A program made the translations under genes and the position numbers. The notes beneath the pieces are model-generated. The model saw only the letters and a list, made by a program, of their open reading frames with translations, was not told the DNA's origin and ran no database searches. Positions 1 through 13,527 of a stretch of 64,000 nucleotides of DNA are shown piece by piece. Each line of letters begins with the position of its first letter. The first letter of the stretch is position 1. Source of the DNA: Callorhinchus milii (lineage: Eukaryota); NCBI RefSeq assembly GCF_018977255.1, contig NW_024704743.1:88910001-88974000 (forward strand), given 5' to 3'.

Positions 1-2928
1 AGAAACAAATGGGTATGATCTAGTAGCCTTTACTGAGACGTGGTTACAGGGGGATCAAGGGTGGGAGCTAAATATTCCCGCGTAGTTGGCATATAGGAAA
101 GATAGGCAATGTGGAAAACGAGGTGGGGGGGTAGTCCTGCTAATAAAGGAAGGGATAAAAACAGTAGAGAGAAAAGATTTTAAATCAGAAACTCAGGATG
201 TAGAGTCAGTATGGGTGGAATTACGAAATAACAAGGGGCAGAAAATACTAGTTGGGAGTAGTTTATAGACCCCCGAACAGCAGTAACAGTATTGCGCAGA
301 GTATTAACCAGGAAATTAGAGAAGCATGTAGCAAAGGAAATACACTAATAGTGAGTGATGTTAATCTTCATATAAATTGGGAAAACTAAATTGGCAAAAG
401 TAAGTTAGAGGAGGAGTTTATAGAATGCATTAGAGATAGTTTTCTAGATCAGTATGCTGAGGAACCAACCAGGGAATAGGCTATCCTAGATCTTGTTTTA
501 TGTAATGAAATAGGGGTAATCAGCAATCTGGAAGTTAAGACTCCTCTAGGGCAGAGTGGCCATAACATGATGGAATTTAACATTAAGTTAGAGAGTGATG
601 TGGTTAAATCCGAAGCAAGGGTCTTAAATTTAAATAGAGCCAACTTTATGGTATGAGCGAGGATTTAGCTAAAATAGACTGAGGAATTAGATTAAAGGAT
701 ATGACAGTAGACCAGCAATGGCAAACCTTTAAAGATATAGTACATAATTCCCAGCGATCACATATTCCCTTGAGGAATAAAATACCACAGGAAAAGTGGT
801 TCAACTATGGCTAAATAGAGCAGTTAGGGAAAATATAAAATTAAAAGAAGAGACCTATAATACTGCCAAAAAGAGTAGTAAACCCAAGGATTGGGAGGAC
901 TTCAGAGACCAACGAAGACTAAGAAATTGATTAGGAGAGAGAAAATAGATTATGAGGGCAAACTAGCTAGGAACATAAAGACAGACTGGAAGAGACTAGC
1001 AAAAGTGAATGTGGGTACATTACAGGCAGAGACAGGAGGAATCATAATGGAGAATAAAGATATGGCACAGTCATTAAACAAATACTTTGCTTCTGTCTTC
1101 ACATTAGAAGACACAGAAAACTTACCAAAAATAGAGGGGAACCAAGAAGCTAATGTTAGTGAGCAACTTAGGGAAATTAACATCAGTAAAGAATTAGTAG
1201 TAGGGAAACTGTTGGGATTGAAAAATTACAAATCCCCTGGACCTGATGGCCTGCATCTTAGGGTTTTAAAAGAGGCAGCTGCTGAGATAGCGGATGCCTT
1301 GTTTTTGATCTTCCCATTGATTGGAAGATCGCAAACATAACACTACTATTTAAGAAGGGTGGGAGAGAGAAGATGGGGAACTATTGACCAGTCCAGTCTG
1401 ACATCGGTGGTAAGGAAAATTCTAGAATCCTTAATTAGGGACGTCGTAGTGGGGTACTTAGAAGACCATAACATGATTAGGCAGAGTCAACATGGCTTTA
1501 CAAAAGGGAAGTCATGCTTACCAAATCTTTTAGAGTTTTTTGAGGATGTAACGAGCAGGTTAGATAGGACGGAGCTAGTAGATGTAATATATTTAGATTT
1601 TCAGAAGGCATTCGACAAGGTGATACATAAAAGGCTGCTACACAAGATTAGGGCACATGGAATTAGAGGCAATATATTAGCATCCTCGGCGGCCCTGCCT
1701 TCAGCCACTATTCCCCAAGGCTCTGGAACTGCCTTCCTCACTCCCTTCGTCTCACTCCCTCCCTTCCCATTTTCAGGTCTCTACTGAAGACCTTTCTTTT
1801 CGACCGCGCCTTTGGTCACCTTCCCACCCCTCCCCCTGGCTCAGTCCCAGGACTGAGACGCCATCCGGCGTGGAGGGCGCTATATAAATCCAAGTTGTTG
1901 TTGCAGCATGGATCGAAGAGTGGCTAACGGGAAGAAAACAGAGAGTAGGGATAAACAGGTCCTTCTCAGATTGGTGGGATGTGACAAGTGGAGTGCCACA
2001 AGGATCAGTGCTTGGGCCTCAACTATTTACAATTTATATCAATGATCTAGACGAGGGCATAGAACTTAAAATATCTAAATTTGTGGATGATACTAATCTA
2101 GGTGGGAGAGTAAGATGGAATATAATGTGGGGAAATGTGAAGTTATTCCCCTAGCTAATAAAAACAGAAAAGCAGATTATTTTCTAGAAGGGGAGAGACT
2201 AGACAACATTAGCTTTCAGAGGGATTTGGGTGTCCTTGTACACCAGTCACAAAAAGTTAGTATGCAGGTACAGCAAGCAACTAGGAAGGCTAATGGCATG
2301 TTGGCGTTTATTGCAAAAGGGTTAGAATACAAGAGTAGGGAAGTCTTGCTGCAACTGTATAGGGCCTTGGTGAGACCGCACCTAGAATATTGTGTGCAGT
2401 TTTAGTCTCATTTAAGAAAGGACATACTTGCCTTAGAAGGGGTGCAACGTAGATTCACTAGGTTAGTTCCTGGGATGAGGGGGTTGACCTATGAGGATAG
2501 GTTGAGTAAACTAGGCCTATATTCCCTAGAATATAGAAGAATTAGGGGTGAACTTACAGAAACATATAAGATTCTTAAGAGGCTTGACAGAGTAGAGAAT
2601 GTGAGACTGTTTCCCCTGGTAGGAGAATCTATAACTAGGGGTCACAGTCTTATGATTAAGGGACAGCCTTTTCGAACAGAGTTGAGGAAACACTTCTTCA
2701 CTCAGAGGGTAGTGAATGTATGGAATTCTCTAGCCCAGAAGGCTGTAGATGCTCAGTCCTTGAACATACTCAAGACTGAGATTGATAGGTTTCTAAAGGA
2801 TAGAGGGATTAAGGGATATGGGGATAAGGCGGGCAGATGGAATTAGGTTAGAAGATCTGACATGATCTTGTTGAATGGCGGGGCAGGTTCGAGGGGCCTA
2901 CTCCTGCTCCTAATTCCTATGTTCCTAT
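1..2928 (+). mobile_element. CR1-clade LINE, degenerate ORF2 (endonuclease to reverse transcriptase) plus 3' UTR; 5' part runs off the window
   Basis: ORF fragments carry CR1 motifs (YRKDR..GGGV, KSPGPDGLH, SQHGFTKGKSCL, YLDFQKAFDKV, KFVDDT, LVRPHLEYCVQF, FFTQRVVNVWNSL). Multiple stops/frameshifts. Ends in a cctatgttcctat tail near 2928. Confidence 0.95.
1684..1904 (+). mobile_element. L2-type LINE 3' fragment inserted in the CR1
   Basis: C-rich L2 3' sequence ending ggcgctatataaatccaag(ttg)n; flanked by AGCAT at 1679-1683 and 1905-1909; CR1 sequence resumes after it. Confidence 0.85.
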
Positions 2929-2944
2929 AAGAACTCAAGAAAAA

Positions 2945-3141
2945 AAACAAAAAAACAATAATTTGGTCACTCAATCTACGACTGTTTGTGTGATACTGCT
3001 GTGCACAATTGGCCGCCGCGTTTCGCCCACAAAACATACAGTCAATTCACTTTACAGTATATTCTACGAATCGCTTTGAGACTTCTAGAAGACGTGAAAA
3101 GCGCTATATCAAATGCAAGGATTATTATTATTTTATTATTA
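2945..3141 (+). mobile_element. 5'-truncated SINE (L2-type tail only)
   Basis: Matches the 3' half of the SINE copies elsewhere; ends caaatgcaaggattattatt. Confidence 0.8.
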
Positions 3142-3617
3142 TCTAGTTTCTAGTCCTAGTCATGCATTTTTCATTAATATTTTTGGTTTTGATTATTTCC
3201 AAATTTCTAACATTTTTTCTACATATCAAGGTGGTTATTATCCTTCCAATTCCTTTACTGAAAATGAGCACTGAACCACAGGTTTCACTGGCCTTTCGTG
3301 CCCAACCAACATGTGTGTTCTTCAGGAACAAACCTGCACAATGATGGGCTACTAAACGCTGGGCAGGATCACAGTAAAGTTCAATCCTGTCCTCCCTGTA
3401 ATCATGAAATACCAAATTCCGAAACCAGCTTCAGCAATAGTCTTTTCTGTATACTGAACAGATGTTGGAATCTAAATAAATATTATGGAAATAGCTTTTA
3501 TGAGCCTCACATAATTATTATTTAATTACATACAATACATATTTGAATCTTCTTCAATAGCTGTGGAGAACAGGGTAAAATCTATTCAAATGAAACTGTG
3601 GAACTTTAGTTAGCTAT

Positions 3618-3945
3618 AATAATAATAATAATAATAATCCTTGCATTTGATATAGCGCTTTTCACGTCGGGAGGACGTCCCAAAGCGCTTCACAGAATAT
3701 ACTGTAAAGTGAGTTGACTGTATATTTGTGGGCGAACGCGGCAGCCAATTGCGCACAGCAATGTCCCACAAAAAGTCATAGATTGAAAATGACCAATTTA
3801 ATTATTGTTTTTGGTTTTGGAGGGATTATTATTAGGCGTGTGGAGTAAGGAAACTTGCCCAAGGTTTCGTCCTGCCTGGAATTGAACTCAGGTCTCTCGC
3901 TTGCAAAGCGAGTGCTCTAACCACTGAGCTACAGGACTCCACAGC
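3618..3945 (-). mobile_element. tRNA-Ala-like SINE, short young subfamily, full length
   Basis: Minus-strand head gtggagtcctgtagctcagtggttagagc..tttgcaa..gagttcaattcc (A/B boxes, TGC anticodon position); (ATT)n tail; AGCTAT at 3612-3617 and 3946-3951. Confidence 0.9.
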
Positions 3946-4160
3946 AGCTATCAAACTACCTCTAAAAACAGCTGACCAATATTGCAATAAACGACAAAGG
4001 ACATTCACCATTAAGATAGGTTAACATGTACAGTATTCTTAGCAATGTCTTAACTCCCAGAGGGCAGAATCTTAAAAAAAACTATATACAAAAATATAGC
4101 AAAATTAAAAATACTTATGAAGATCATCACAGATACACTTGCGGAACAAGGCTCAATTAC

Positions 4161-4218
4161 CTTGTTTCCAGTTTGTGAGGAAATTTCTTCTGCTGCCTGC
4201 TCCAAGACATCCTGTTTT
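4161..4218 (-). CDS. DECR1: 2,4-dienoyl-CoA reductase 1, exon 3 (58 bp)
   Basis: ag|A AAA CAG..AAC AAG|gtaatt; encodes (R)KQDVLEQAAEEISSQTGNK, matching human KMDVLKATAEQISSQTGNK; phase joins exon 2. Confidence 0.92.
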
Positions 4219-4481
4219 CTTTAAATAACAAGAAAAATTTAGCTTCTATTATTCATTATTTTGGAGTACTTGTTTCCTAGTTGGATATGTCGTATTAGTT
4301 GAATATTTATGATGTGGTCAAGGTAATCTTTAGTATTGGCATGTTTTAATGCAAAACCAATATTTAAACCAGGTTTCAAACAATTACATTCATGGAGAAT
4401 GAAATCAAGAAAGCAGTAGAAAGATAATAGAATTGTTCTAATAAATAATAAGTTAAAAAGTGAACTGAAAAGATCACTAAA

Positions 4482-4810
4482 TAATAATAATATTTGCATT
4501 GCCTTTTATGTCAAGAGATTGTTTCAAAATGCTTTGCGGCATATATTGTGCAGTGGCTGCACTTTTAGGCAAACACAGCAGTCCATTTGCACACAGCAAT
4601 GTCCCACAAACAACCATAAAGTGAATGATCGATTCTATTTGGGGGAAGGTTCACCAGGACACTGGGAGAAACTCCCTTCTCTTTTCAAATAGTGCCATGG
4701 GATATTTAACGTCCACCTGAACAGGCAAAGACGGGACCTCAGTGTTGCATCTAATGCAAAGGATAGCAATGCAACACACTCAACAAGCACACCACTAGAC
4801 TGTCAGCTTT
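4482..4810 (-). mobile_element. Deu-domain SINE, degenerate
   Basis: Reverse complement contains ggtggacgttaaatatcccatggcactatttgaaaagag..tgtcctgg (Deu-type core) plus the shared tail. Confidence 0.75.
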
Positions 4811-4947
4811 GACTCTTGTCACTTCAAAGTCCCGATATTCGTGAGTTCATTTTCTTTAATATATCTGAAAGGCATATTGTTGAAAAGAGGATCTGACAGC
4901 TTTGACTTCGGCATTTAAAGGTTACAAAGTACAGATATTTTTACTCA

Positions 4948-5268
<321 letters not shown>

Positions 5269-5699
5269 TTACTTTCATTCCAAGTAACCATTGATATAAA
5301 CAAAATTATAACCACAAAGGATTGCTGAAGCTTTAAGAAAAAAATTAGTCCAGTTAATGTATAAAACTTACTGTGGGGGGACTTACTCAACCTTTTTTTT
5401 CTGCAATTTACACTAATGAGCCCTTCAGTTTTATTGTGCAAATAGAAGACAAGAATACCCATAAAAAATGTTACATACATAAATTTGGTGAAATCACTAC
5501 TGCTATTTTTACAAGCAGCTGTTGTTGTTATTTCAGCACCATTTATATCTTACTTGACACTTCAAATTTTCAATTTAATAATTAACTGGCACCAGACATA
5601 ACAAACACATGGAGTTAAGCTTTTCTCAAGGCAGTTCTACTTTTATATAAATTGTTCCTGAGCTACCGGATGCCTTAAAAGGAAAGTTGCCCTTTATTT

Positions 5700-6175
5700 G
5701 AAATTATTCAGACACCGATCTCTGTTACTACTCTACATCCAGACCTACAGTTACTGTTGAAAATGACTGCCTGTCAGACATTGAATAACTTTCTTCATTT
5801 GAATGTCGACAAGGCAGAGGCTCTCCTGCTTGGTTCCAGTCAGCACCTTCTCACCTCAGCATCAAACAACCTGGATGCACACTCCACCTCAGGGAACCTC
5901 AGTGTCTTGTTCAACTCTCAACTGTCCTTTAAACTCCACAGCCATGCCTTGACCTGTTCAGCTTCTCGCCACCTCTGCAACATGCCCACCTCCGCCACTA
6001 TCTCTGCCCTCTGGCTGCTGTGACCCTTATGCACTAATGCACTTATGCACTACGCCAACTCTGCTCACGAGACTTCCCAACTCTTGCCTCCAGAAACTGC
6101 AGACTATTTAGAATTCTGCAGGTCTTGCGTCTTCTCCCCCACCAAGCTCCGTGAGCCTATAATTCCCATCCAAAC
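5700..6175 (+). mobile_element. Old degenerate L2 ORF2 fragment
   Basis: Resembles the L2 at 26100-26600 (NFLHLNVDKAE, NLSVLFNSQLSF). Confidence 0.7.
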
Positions 6176-6507
6176 TATGCAGTGTTAGCTGGTTAAACTC
6201 CAACAGTACCCCAACCCACATTCTGGGTCCCCACATCTTGGCTTTGCCTACACATGTCTATGTAATTAAGTGAACAGGATGCTTCCCTCAAGACAACGAG
6301 AGGGCGAGAGGGCATTTCATTCCAAACTTGGCAATTTCCACGTGTAGGTGAAAATGCGTGGAACTCTCAATTTGATACCCTTAAGAATGGTAAAGTTCCC
6401 ACATTGGTCTGGTACCAGTCTGCCCAAACAACCTGGTCAATCCTATTATTCAGAGAGAAAAAGATGGCAGCAATGTAAGAATGTACACTGTAACATTAAA
6501 AGAACAA

Positions 6508-7705
6508 GTCTCAGTGTCACTCCCCCCCACACCCCCCCCACCCCCCAGCCTGTCTCAGTGCCCCCCCCCCCCCCCCGCCTGTCTCAGTGCCCCCCCCCCC
6601 CGCCTGTCTCAGTGCCCCCCCCCCCGCCTGTCTCAGTGCCCCCCCCACAGCCAGTCTCAGTGCCCCCCCCCGCCTGTCTCAGTGCCCCCCCCCCGCCTGT
6701 CTCAGTGCCCCCCCCCCCCCCCGCCTGTCTCAGTGTCCCCCCCACAGCCTGTCTCAGTGCCTCCCCCCCACACACCCCACAGCCTGTCTCAGTGCCTGTC
6801 TCAGTGCCCCCCCCCACAACCTGTCTCAGTGCCCCCCCCCCCGCCTGTCTCAGTGCCCCCCCCCGGCCTGTCTCAGTGCCCCCCGCCTGTCTCAGTGCCC
6901 CCCCCCCCCGCCTGTCTCAGTGCCCCCCCCGCCTGTCTCAGTGCCCCCCCCCCCGCCTGTCTCAGTGCCCCCCCCCCGCCTGTCTCAGTGCCCCCCCCCC
7001 GCCTGTCTCAGTGCCCCCCCCGCCTGTCTCAGTGCCCCCCCCCCCCGGCTGTCTCAGTGCCCCCCCCCGCCTGTCTCAGTGCCCCCCCCACAACCTGTCT
7101 CAGTGCCCCCCCCCCCCGCCTGTCTCAGTGCCCCCCCCGCCTGTCTCAGTGCCCCCCCCCCGCCTGTCTCAGTGCCCCCCCCACAACCTGTCTCAGTGCC
7201 CCCCCCCCCGCCTGTCTCAGTGCCCTCCCCCACAACCTGTCTCAGTGCCCCCCCCCCGCCTGTCTCAGTGCTCCCACAGCCTGTCTCAGTGCCGCCCCCC
7301 CCCCGCCTGTCTCAGTGCCCCCCCCCCGCCTGTCTCAGTGCCCCCCCCCCGCCTGTCTCAGTGCCCCCCCCCCACACCTGTCTCAGTGCCCCCCCCCCCC
7401 GCCTGTCTCAGTGCCCCCCCCCCGCCTGTCTCAGTGCCCCCCCCCCCGCCTGTCTCAGTGCCCCCCCCCCGCCCGCTGTCTCAGTGCCCCCCCCCCGCCT
7501 GTCTCAGTGCCCCCCCCCCCCGCCTGTCTCAGTGCCCCCCCCCCGCCTGTCTCAGTGCCCCCCCCCGCCTGTCTCAGTGCCCCCCCCCGCCTGTCTCAGT
7601 GCCCCCCCCCCGCCTGTCTCAGTGCCCCCCCCCCGCACAACCTGTCTCAGTGCCCCCCCCCCCCCCGCCTGTCTCAGTGCCCCCCCCCCCACCTGTCTCA
7701 GTGCC
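6508..7705. repeat. Minisatellite, unit (C)6-14 + GCCTGTCTCAGTG, about 50 copies, truncated by the gap
   Basis: Directly visible tandem array; near-invariant CTGTCTCAGTG core separated by variable C-runs (variants cacaac/cacagc). Confidence 0.98.
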
Positions 7706-7730
7706 NNNNNNNNNNNNNNNNNNNNNNNNN
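7706..7730. other. Assembly gap (25 N)
   Basis: Run of N. Confidence 1.
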
Positions 7731-8470
7731 TCAGATGACACTACACTTTTCTTAAAGTGGTAGGTCACGTGGTGAATGAGGAGATAGGTAATGTTTAAAC
7801 ATTAATGATAGAAACATATATTCTGATCAACTTGTGACTGTCTTCCTGGGGGGAAGGTCTTTTTCGGGCTGAATTGGTTTTAAGGTGACCTACTTGATAT
7901 TAGAAGATGTCATCGAGTTCCTCCACTGAGGTCGTCTCATTCGTCCGATACGTGAGCCACGCATATCTGCAACGGTCCAGGTTACTGTTGATGATGGGGT
8001 AGCTAACTTGCTGTGCACACATTGGCTGCCACATTCACTTACAAAATAACCAGTGGCTACACCTTACAGTGTTATCCTGTGAAGCGCTTTGAGACGTCCT
8101 CTCGACATGAATGCTGCTGTATCAAGTGCAAGGATTATAGATTATTATTATTTTTCTACCTTTATTATATTCTGAAAAAGTCTACTATATATTTGTTATC
8201 TTTAGCTTGTTAATAATAATTTTGTTTCATTTTAAAACACTTATTTAGGTTCCAAATATCTATACCTATATGTGTTATGGCCATTCTGATGGAGGAAGTA
8301 AACAACAAAAACAACTTGCATTTATACAGTACTCTTCATGCAGCGTAGAGTGTTTAACAGTAGGGGAAGGAGTATACAACAACACATGTTGTATTGATCA
8401 TGTTTTGTTTCAATTAATATCTGCTGTTTGTACTAATTACATTTCTATTGTTTTTTTCTCCCTCTTTAAG

Positions 8471-8574
8471 ACTATCTGTGCAATGATTTGTGGCCGACCA
8501 ATAGTAAAACCACAGTTTTTTCTCAGTGTTGCTGAAGCCATCCGGAGTAGACAACATTTTCCCAGTGCTGAAAG
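8471..8574 (+). CDS. NBN: Nibrin exon 5 (104 bp), first visible exon
   Basis: ttaag|ACT..GAA AG|gtagcg; TICAMICGRPIVKPQFF matches human TICALICGRPIVKPEYF. Confidence 0.95.
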
Positions 8575-10298
8575 GTAGCGGTAATTTATATAATTTGTTT
8601 TTAAAAAAATATCCACTTTGTGTAATGATTTGCACTGAAAGACCTTTTAACAACAGCAACAACTTGGATTTATATAGCGCCCTCCACGCCGGAGCGCTTC
8701 ACAGTAACGGATCCCAGGGCCAAGCCAAGTACAGTATATGTTACCAACCCAATTCCAGGAAATATTCGGCAAGAGTCAAGGTTTGAGGACTCCAAAGCGT
8801 ACTCCAGTGTGGTACTGCTGGAGTTTAAACAGCTAAAATGGCACAGCTTGTCATTGTCTGGCAAGTCAGGAATCATACAATTGTGCTTGCCACAAAGATT
8901 GACTCGATTCCGACATTCCGTCGCCAAGCTCATCAACTTGGAGCGAGCTCAGTGCTACGCATTTATCTCCCCCTCAAGGAACAACAACAAAATTACATTT
9001 CGTAAGGAAGTAGTTAAATACTCATTTCTGAAACATTTGCACTGTGTTTATTCAAAATGTTTGGAGCTGCCTCATTGCTGAAGTTTAGAGCCATTTTCAT
9101 CTGAAGCTCGTTAAACGTTTTTAGCATGTTTAAAATTTAATTTTTTAAAAAAATTTGTGCAGAAGTGTTCATACAAATCTTTCACAAAGAACAGGTATAA
9201 AAAAGGAATTATTCGAGTTTTAGTTATTAATTCTGGCATGTAGCAGATCAACTGATGAGAACGATTGTTATGTTAGGATTGAACATTTAATGAGCCTTTT
9301 TTTGGAATAAGAGTGTAGAACACAAAATTATCAATACCAATATTTCTTGCAGATACCTTCCCAAATCTTTTTGTGGATGCTGTGATGAAATGCAGTTATC
9401 CAATTCTGGATTGCAGTACATAGTCGCTGCCACTAGAGGTCACCTAGAAGCAGTATAAATGTAAAAAACCCTGTAGAAATAAAACCTGATTTCCTTCAGA
9501 TGTACTTAATTGTATAAAATTTGAAACATTTATGTACAGTGGAGCAGTGGCATTTGAATTTCTGGTCTTTTGCTAGTCTTTATGATGTCCGTTTCTAAGC
9601 AGAGTGCGTGTATGACAGAATTAGGATTGATGAGGGCTGCAAATACAGTGTGTTCATGTTTATTGCTTAGTTTCTAGTACATTGAAATAATGAAAACCCA
9701 ATGAATCCCTGATGTATCATGAATTTATATAGTTCCTGTCATGTCAAAAGAAACATTTCCCCAAAGCATTTTATATTACTTACAAACCAATTGTAGCAGA
9801 AGAACACTACAGTTTAGCTTTCAGCACCAACTGACTGGTTTCCTGTGTGTTGCACAGGAAGCTGACACACTTTGGAAAGGATGACTTGGAAGTACTGACG
9901 GGCAGATATATTTTAGCATGTCTCGTGATAACACAAGATCCGAGTTTATGGATCCAAACCATCATGTTCCAGTAGGGTCACCCTGTTATCAGAAATGAAC
10001 TGGTGAGGAGTTAGTATTGTTGGTTAAATAATGAGAAGAAATAAATGAATGGGAATCATTCTGAAGAAAAATGCTTTGTGCAAGTGACACAGAGGTTTTT
10101 AAACAGAATGTATAACAGAATTGGAAATTTTATCTGCTACAACAAATCTGCTTCAGAAAGAAACATTCAGTTTTGTTAGTTACAAGCATCATAAGTTATA
10201 TTTGACTAACAACTAAAATATTTTATTCCCTGCACAAATGAAAATGTTCAGGGTACTGTGAAACAGGAGCTGACTTCATTTACTTTATTTTGTTGCAG

Positions 10299-10410
10299 TT
10301 TTTCCCCTCCTATTGATGAACCAAATATCAAAGCCGAAGATATGGTAATAAAACCAGAAAGGAAATGGATTTTCGTAGGCAAAACATTCATATTTTTTAA
10401 TGGAAAACAG
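10299..10410 (+). CDS. NBN: Nibrin exon 6 (112 bp)
   Basis: gcag|T..CAG|gtattg; [26 protein letters not shown]. Confidence 0.95.
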
Positions 10411-11136
10411 GTATTGTACTGGATGCATTTAGAAAGGAAGCTGCCTGTCATATTATCAGGCTTAATTGTGATTTTTTTGAATCTGCAAATGTCAACCATT
10501 AGAATAAATTCTAAACATGAAATGATCTACTAAGAGTGTTTGTGGGAAAAAAAGAAAAATAGCTTAAAGGCGAAGCTAAAGTATTTTCAATCTAAAGTGT
10601 GTGCCCATTCATTTTTTAGCGCAAGATATTTTCAAAATTATCTTTTTAAGATGTATGCTCCTGCAAATTACCACCTTGCTATGTTTTGTCTGCAAACTGG
10701 ACTCTGACCAATATCAAAGGAAATGAAAGGAATCCTGACAATAGAGCTTGTCTGCTTCACTTCAATACAATTGGATTTTTGTTGTTTGGCTTTAATTACG
10801 CACTCTTTGATTAATTGCTGCACACCAACATGAGACAGTTAAAAGTAATAGTATCAAACTCTTCTGATGGCCAAGTCGGTAAAGGCTCTGCTCAATGCAA
10901 CATTAATTTATAGTGACAGGAAGGTTAGAGGTTAGAATCTGAACTTTGCTGTGTTAGCTGATCTGAACCAGGACAACAATGAGGGCAATACGTTGACCTC
11001 AGTACTTTGAATTAGGAAAGTATTAAAGTGGTGTTAGTTGTTATGTATGAAAACACAACAGCTATTCTGTAGCAGCAATATTCCACAAACCACAATGAGA
11101 TGAATAACCACGGGAATTTGAATGAGGAAGGGACAT

Positions 11137-11365
11137 GGTAAGTTTCCTTACTCCACACACCTAATAATATTCCCTCCAAAACCAAAAACAATAATAAATT
11201 GGTCATTTTCAATCTACGACTGTTTGTGGGACATTGCTGTGTGCAATTGGCTGCCGCGTTCGCCCACAAATATAGTCAATTCACTTTACAGTGTGTTCTG
11301 TGAAGCGCTTTGGGACGTCCTCCCGACGTGAAAAGCGCTATATCAAATGCAAGGATTATTATTAT
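11137..11365 (+). mobile_element. tRNA-Ala-like SINE, short subfamily, 5'-truncated
   Basis: Near-identical to the reverse complement of the 3618-3945 copy, minus the head. Confidence 0.85.
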
Positions 11366-11598
11366 GGTACAAAGCTACTTCACTTTATAGTAATTCCTGT
11401 AAAACTCTCTTGCTTCTGATGTGAAAGGACTATCAAATTTAAGGATTATTTTTATATTTAGCCAGAATATTGAAAAAATAATTTGGTCACTCAATCCACA
11501 CTGCGTTGCGCAATTGGCTGCCGGTACAGTCAAATTTACAGTAAATTCACCTTGCAGTATATTCCATGAAGCACTTTGAGATGTCTCGAAGACATGAT

Positions 11599-11998
11599 CC
11601 TGGTCCTCACCTTCAAAGCCCTCCACGGTCTTGCTCCCCCCTACCTCTCCGACCTCCTAACCCCCTACTACCCTGTTCGCTCCCTCCGCTCAGCAGCCTC
11701 TGGCCTGCTTCATGTCCCCCGCCTTGCTCGCCCCACTATTGGCGGGCGGGCCTTCTGCCACTCTGTACCCATCCTCCAGAACTCCATCCCGCAGTCCCTC
11801 CGACTTGCCCCCTCCCTCGCCACCTTCAAGACCCACCTCGAGAATCCTCTTCGACCGTGCTTTCGATCTCCCTGCTTCCCCCCCCTGCCCTCCACCCTCC
11901 CCCACCCTGACCCCCAACTCGGGTCCATAAGTCCAGCGCCTTGGGCTGTCCGCCCAGCGTGAAAGGCGCTATACAAATGTAATTTTGTTGTTCTTGTG
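11599..11998 (+). mobile_element. L2 3' fragment inserted in a SINE tail (host about 11478-12030)
   Basis: ILVLTFKALHGLAPPYLSDLL.. L2 C-terminus and ttgttg tail; host SINE gacatgat|aaggtgct is split around it. Confidence 0.85.
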
Positions 11999-12483
11999 GT
12001 AAGGTGCTAGATCAAATGCAAGGATTATTAAAATTTCTGGGGTCAAGTGTTCTTAACCCCTCCCCTCACTCTCCAACCCCATCACCAGGCAGACAAGACC
12101 TTGGTTGAAAGATGATATTCTTACCGTTACAAAACCCCCTTGGTGTATTGCACTGGAGTGTCAGCCAAGACTATGGGCTCAAGCACTTTCAACCTGCAAC
12201 TTATTGAACCAGAAGAGAGAATAATAATCCTTGCATTTGATATAGCACCTTATCACATCTTCAAGATTTCTCAAAGCGCTTAACACAATATACTGTAAAG
12301 TGAATTGACTGTATATTTTGTGGACGAATGTTACAATCTGAAAGAAATTGATATTTCTGTAACATCCTGAATTCGCAATGCTTTCTCAAATGTTTGAAAA
12401 AGGATAGTGTATGTACCATGCAAGATTTTAAAAAAAATACATTCGGGATTCTGACTACTATAAATTACGCTTATGTTTTATAG

Positions 12484-12671
12484 CACAAGAGACTGGGTCC
12501 CGCTGTAACTCTAGGAGGAGGCAATGTTAAGCTTATAGAGGAAAAGGGTCCAAACCTGTCTCTTCTCGAAGCACCAGGGAGCTGTGTCATAGACGTGGGG
12601 GTATCCGATTCCCAGACTGCTTCGGATTCAACAAAAAAATGGATTGACTCAGCCCTGATCACATTGCAACG
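12484..12671 (+). CDS. NBN: Nibrin exon 7 (188 bp)
   Basis: tag|CAC..CAA CG|gtaagc; HKRLGPAVTLGGG..APGSCVIDVGVSDSQT..KKWIDS. Confidence 0.95.
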
Positions 12672-13429
12672 GTAAGCTACTGTTTTCAGTGCAGAATGTT
12701 ATAATTTATCAAAAAGCAACTGACAGGACCGTATTCGTTTTATAGTCCTATTCAGGTGATTTTTGAGTTCTTTACAAGCATCTCTTGAGATATAGCTAAA
12801 TGTTGCTTTTAGAAAATCTACATTTTGCAAGTTGTCAACTCTTGTTTTAGCATAATGCTATATAATGTCAATCTTTCTATTTTAAAATACAGTATCCCTC
12901 CCTACGTCTCACCGGACTCTGGGCACATGGCATTTGACTCTAGCTGGATCAGACACGAAACCTAAAAATTAAAAAAAATTCTGCACGAATGAAATTTCCC
13001 CCCGGCCCACTGGCCAACACCACACTAAACAGTCTTACTGCCCCTGCTGGCCTTCACCTTGGCCAGGGATATCGACTTTTGACTCAAGATTGTTTGAAGC
13101 CTGCGAACAGAAAATAGCTTGTTCGCTCCTCTTCTACTTATGGGTTTCAAGCAATTACATTTTTGATAAATGCCTGAAAGTGTCAATACTAGCGTTGTAA
13201 TTACAATTAGCTGGAAATTCCTGCTCGCCGGACTGGATCTTCGCGCCCACCCCACCACTAGTCCGGCTAGTTGAGGGTTCAGTGTAGTGTGAAATGGCTT
13301 TTGTGGGTGCAGTTGTTTTTCATGACATCATGTGAAAGTTGTACTTTCTTGCTGCGTTTCATAGTTTAACATTTTTGGCCATCATTTAGTTGATTCATTT
13401 ATTAATAATATTTTCTTTTGATTGGCTAG

Positions 13430-13527
13430 AAAAGGACTACGGACCATATCTGAGGCAGAAGTTGGATTAGCAGTTATTCACATCTCAACAGATATTTATT
13501 GCAATCCGCTCAGTAATCCCAATTCAG
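13430..13527 (+). CDS. NBN: Nibrin exon 8 (98 bp)
   Basis: ctag|A..TCA G|gtgagc; KGLRTISEAEVGLAVIHISTDIYCNP. Confidence 0.95.

Noticed and set aside
1..2846. Active autonomous CR1
   Set aside because: Multiple stops and frameshifts, a nested L2 insertion and a deletion after the FVDD motif.
3143..3525. Possible DECR1 exon 4
   Set aside because: No similarity to the expected VHAIQCDVRDP peptide; the remaining exons probably lie left of the window.
3860..3942. tRNA-Ala gene
   Set aside because: It is the head of a SINE: it continues into SINE body and tail and recurs in many diverged copies.
6508..7705. CRISPR-like array (constant core with variable spacers)
   Set aside because: Spacers are just C homopolymers, there are no cas genes, and the context is a vertebrate intron.
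6348..7763. Long proline-rich ORFs (471, 424 and 383 aa)
   Set aside because: All three frames are open only because the minisatellite lacks stops on this strand; they run through the N gap.
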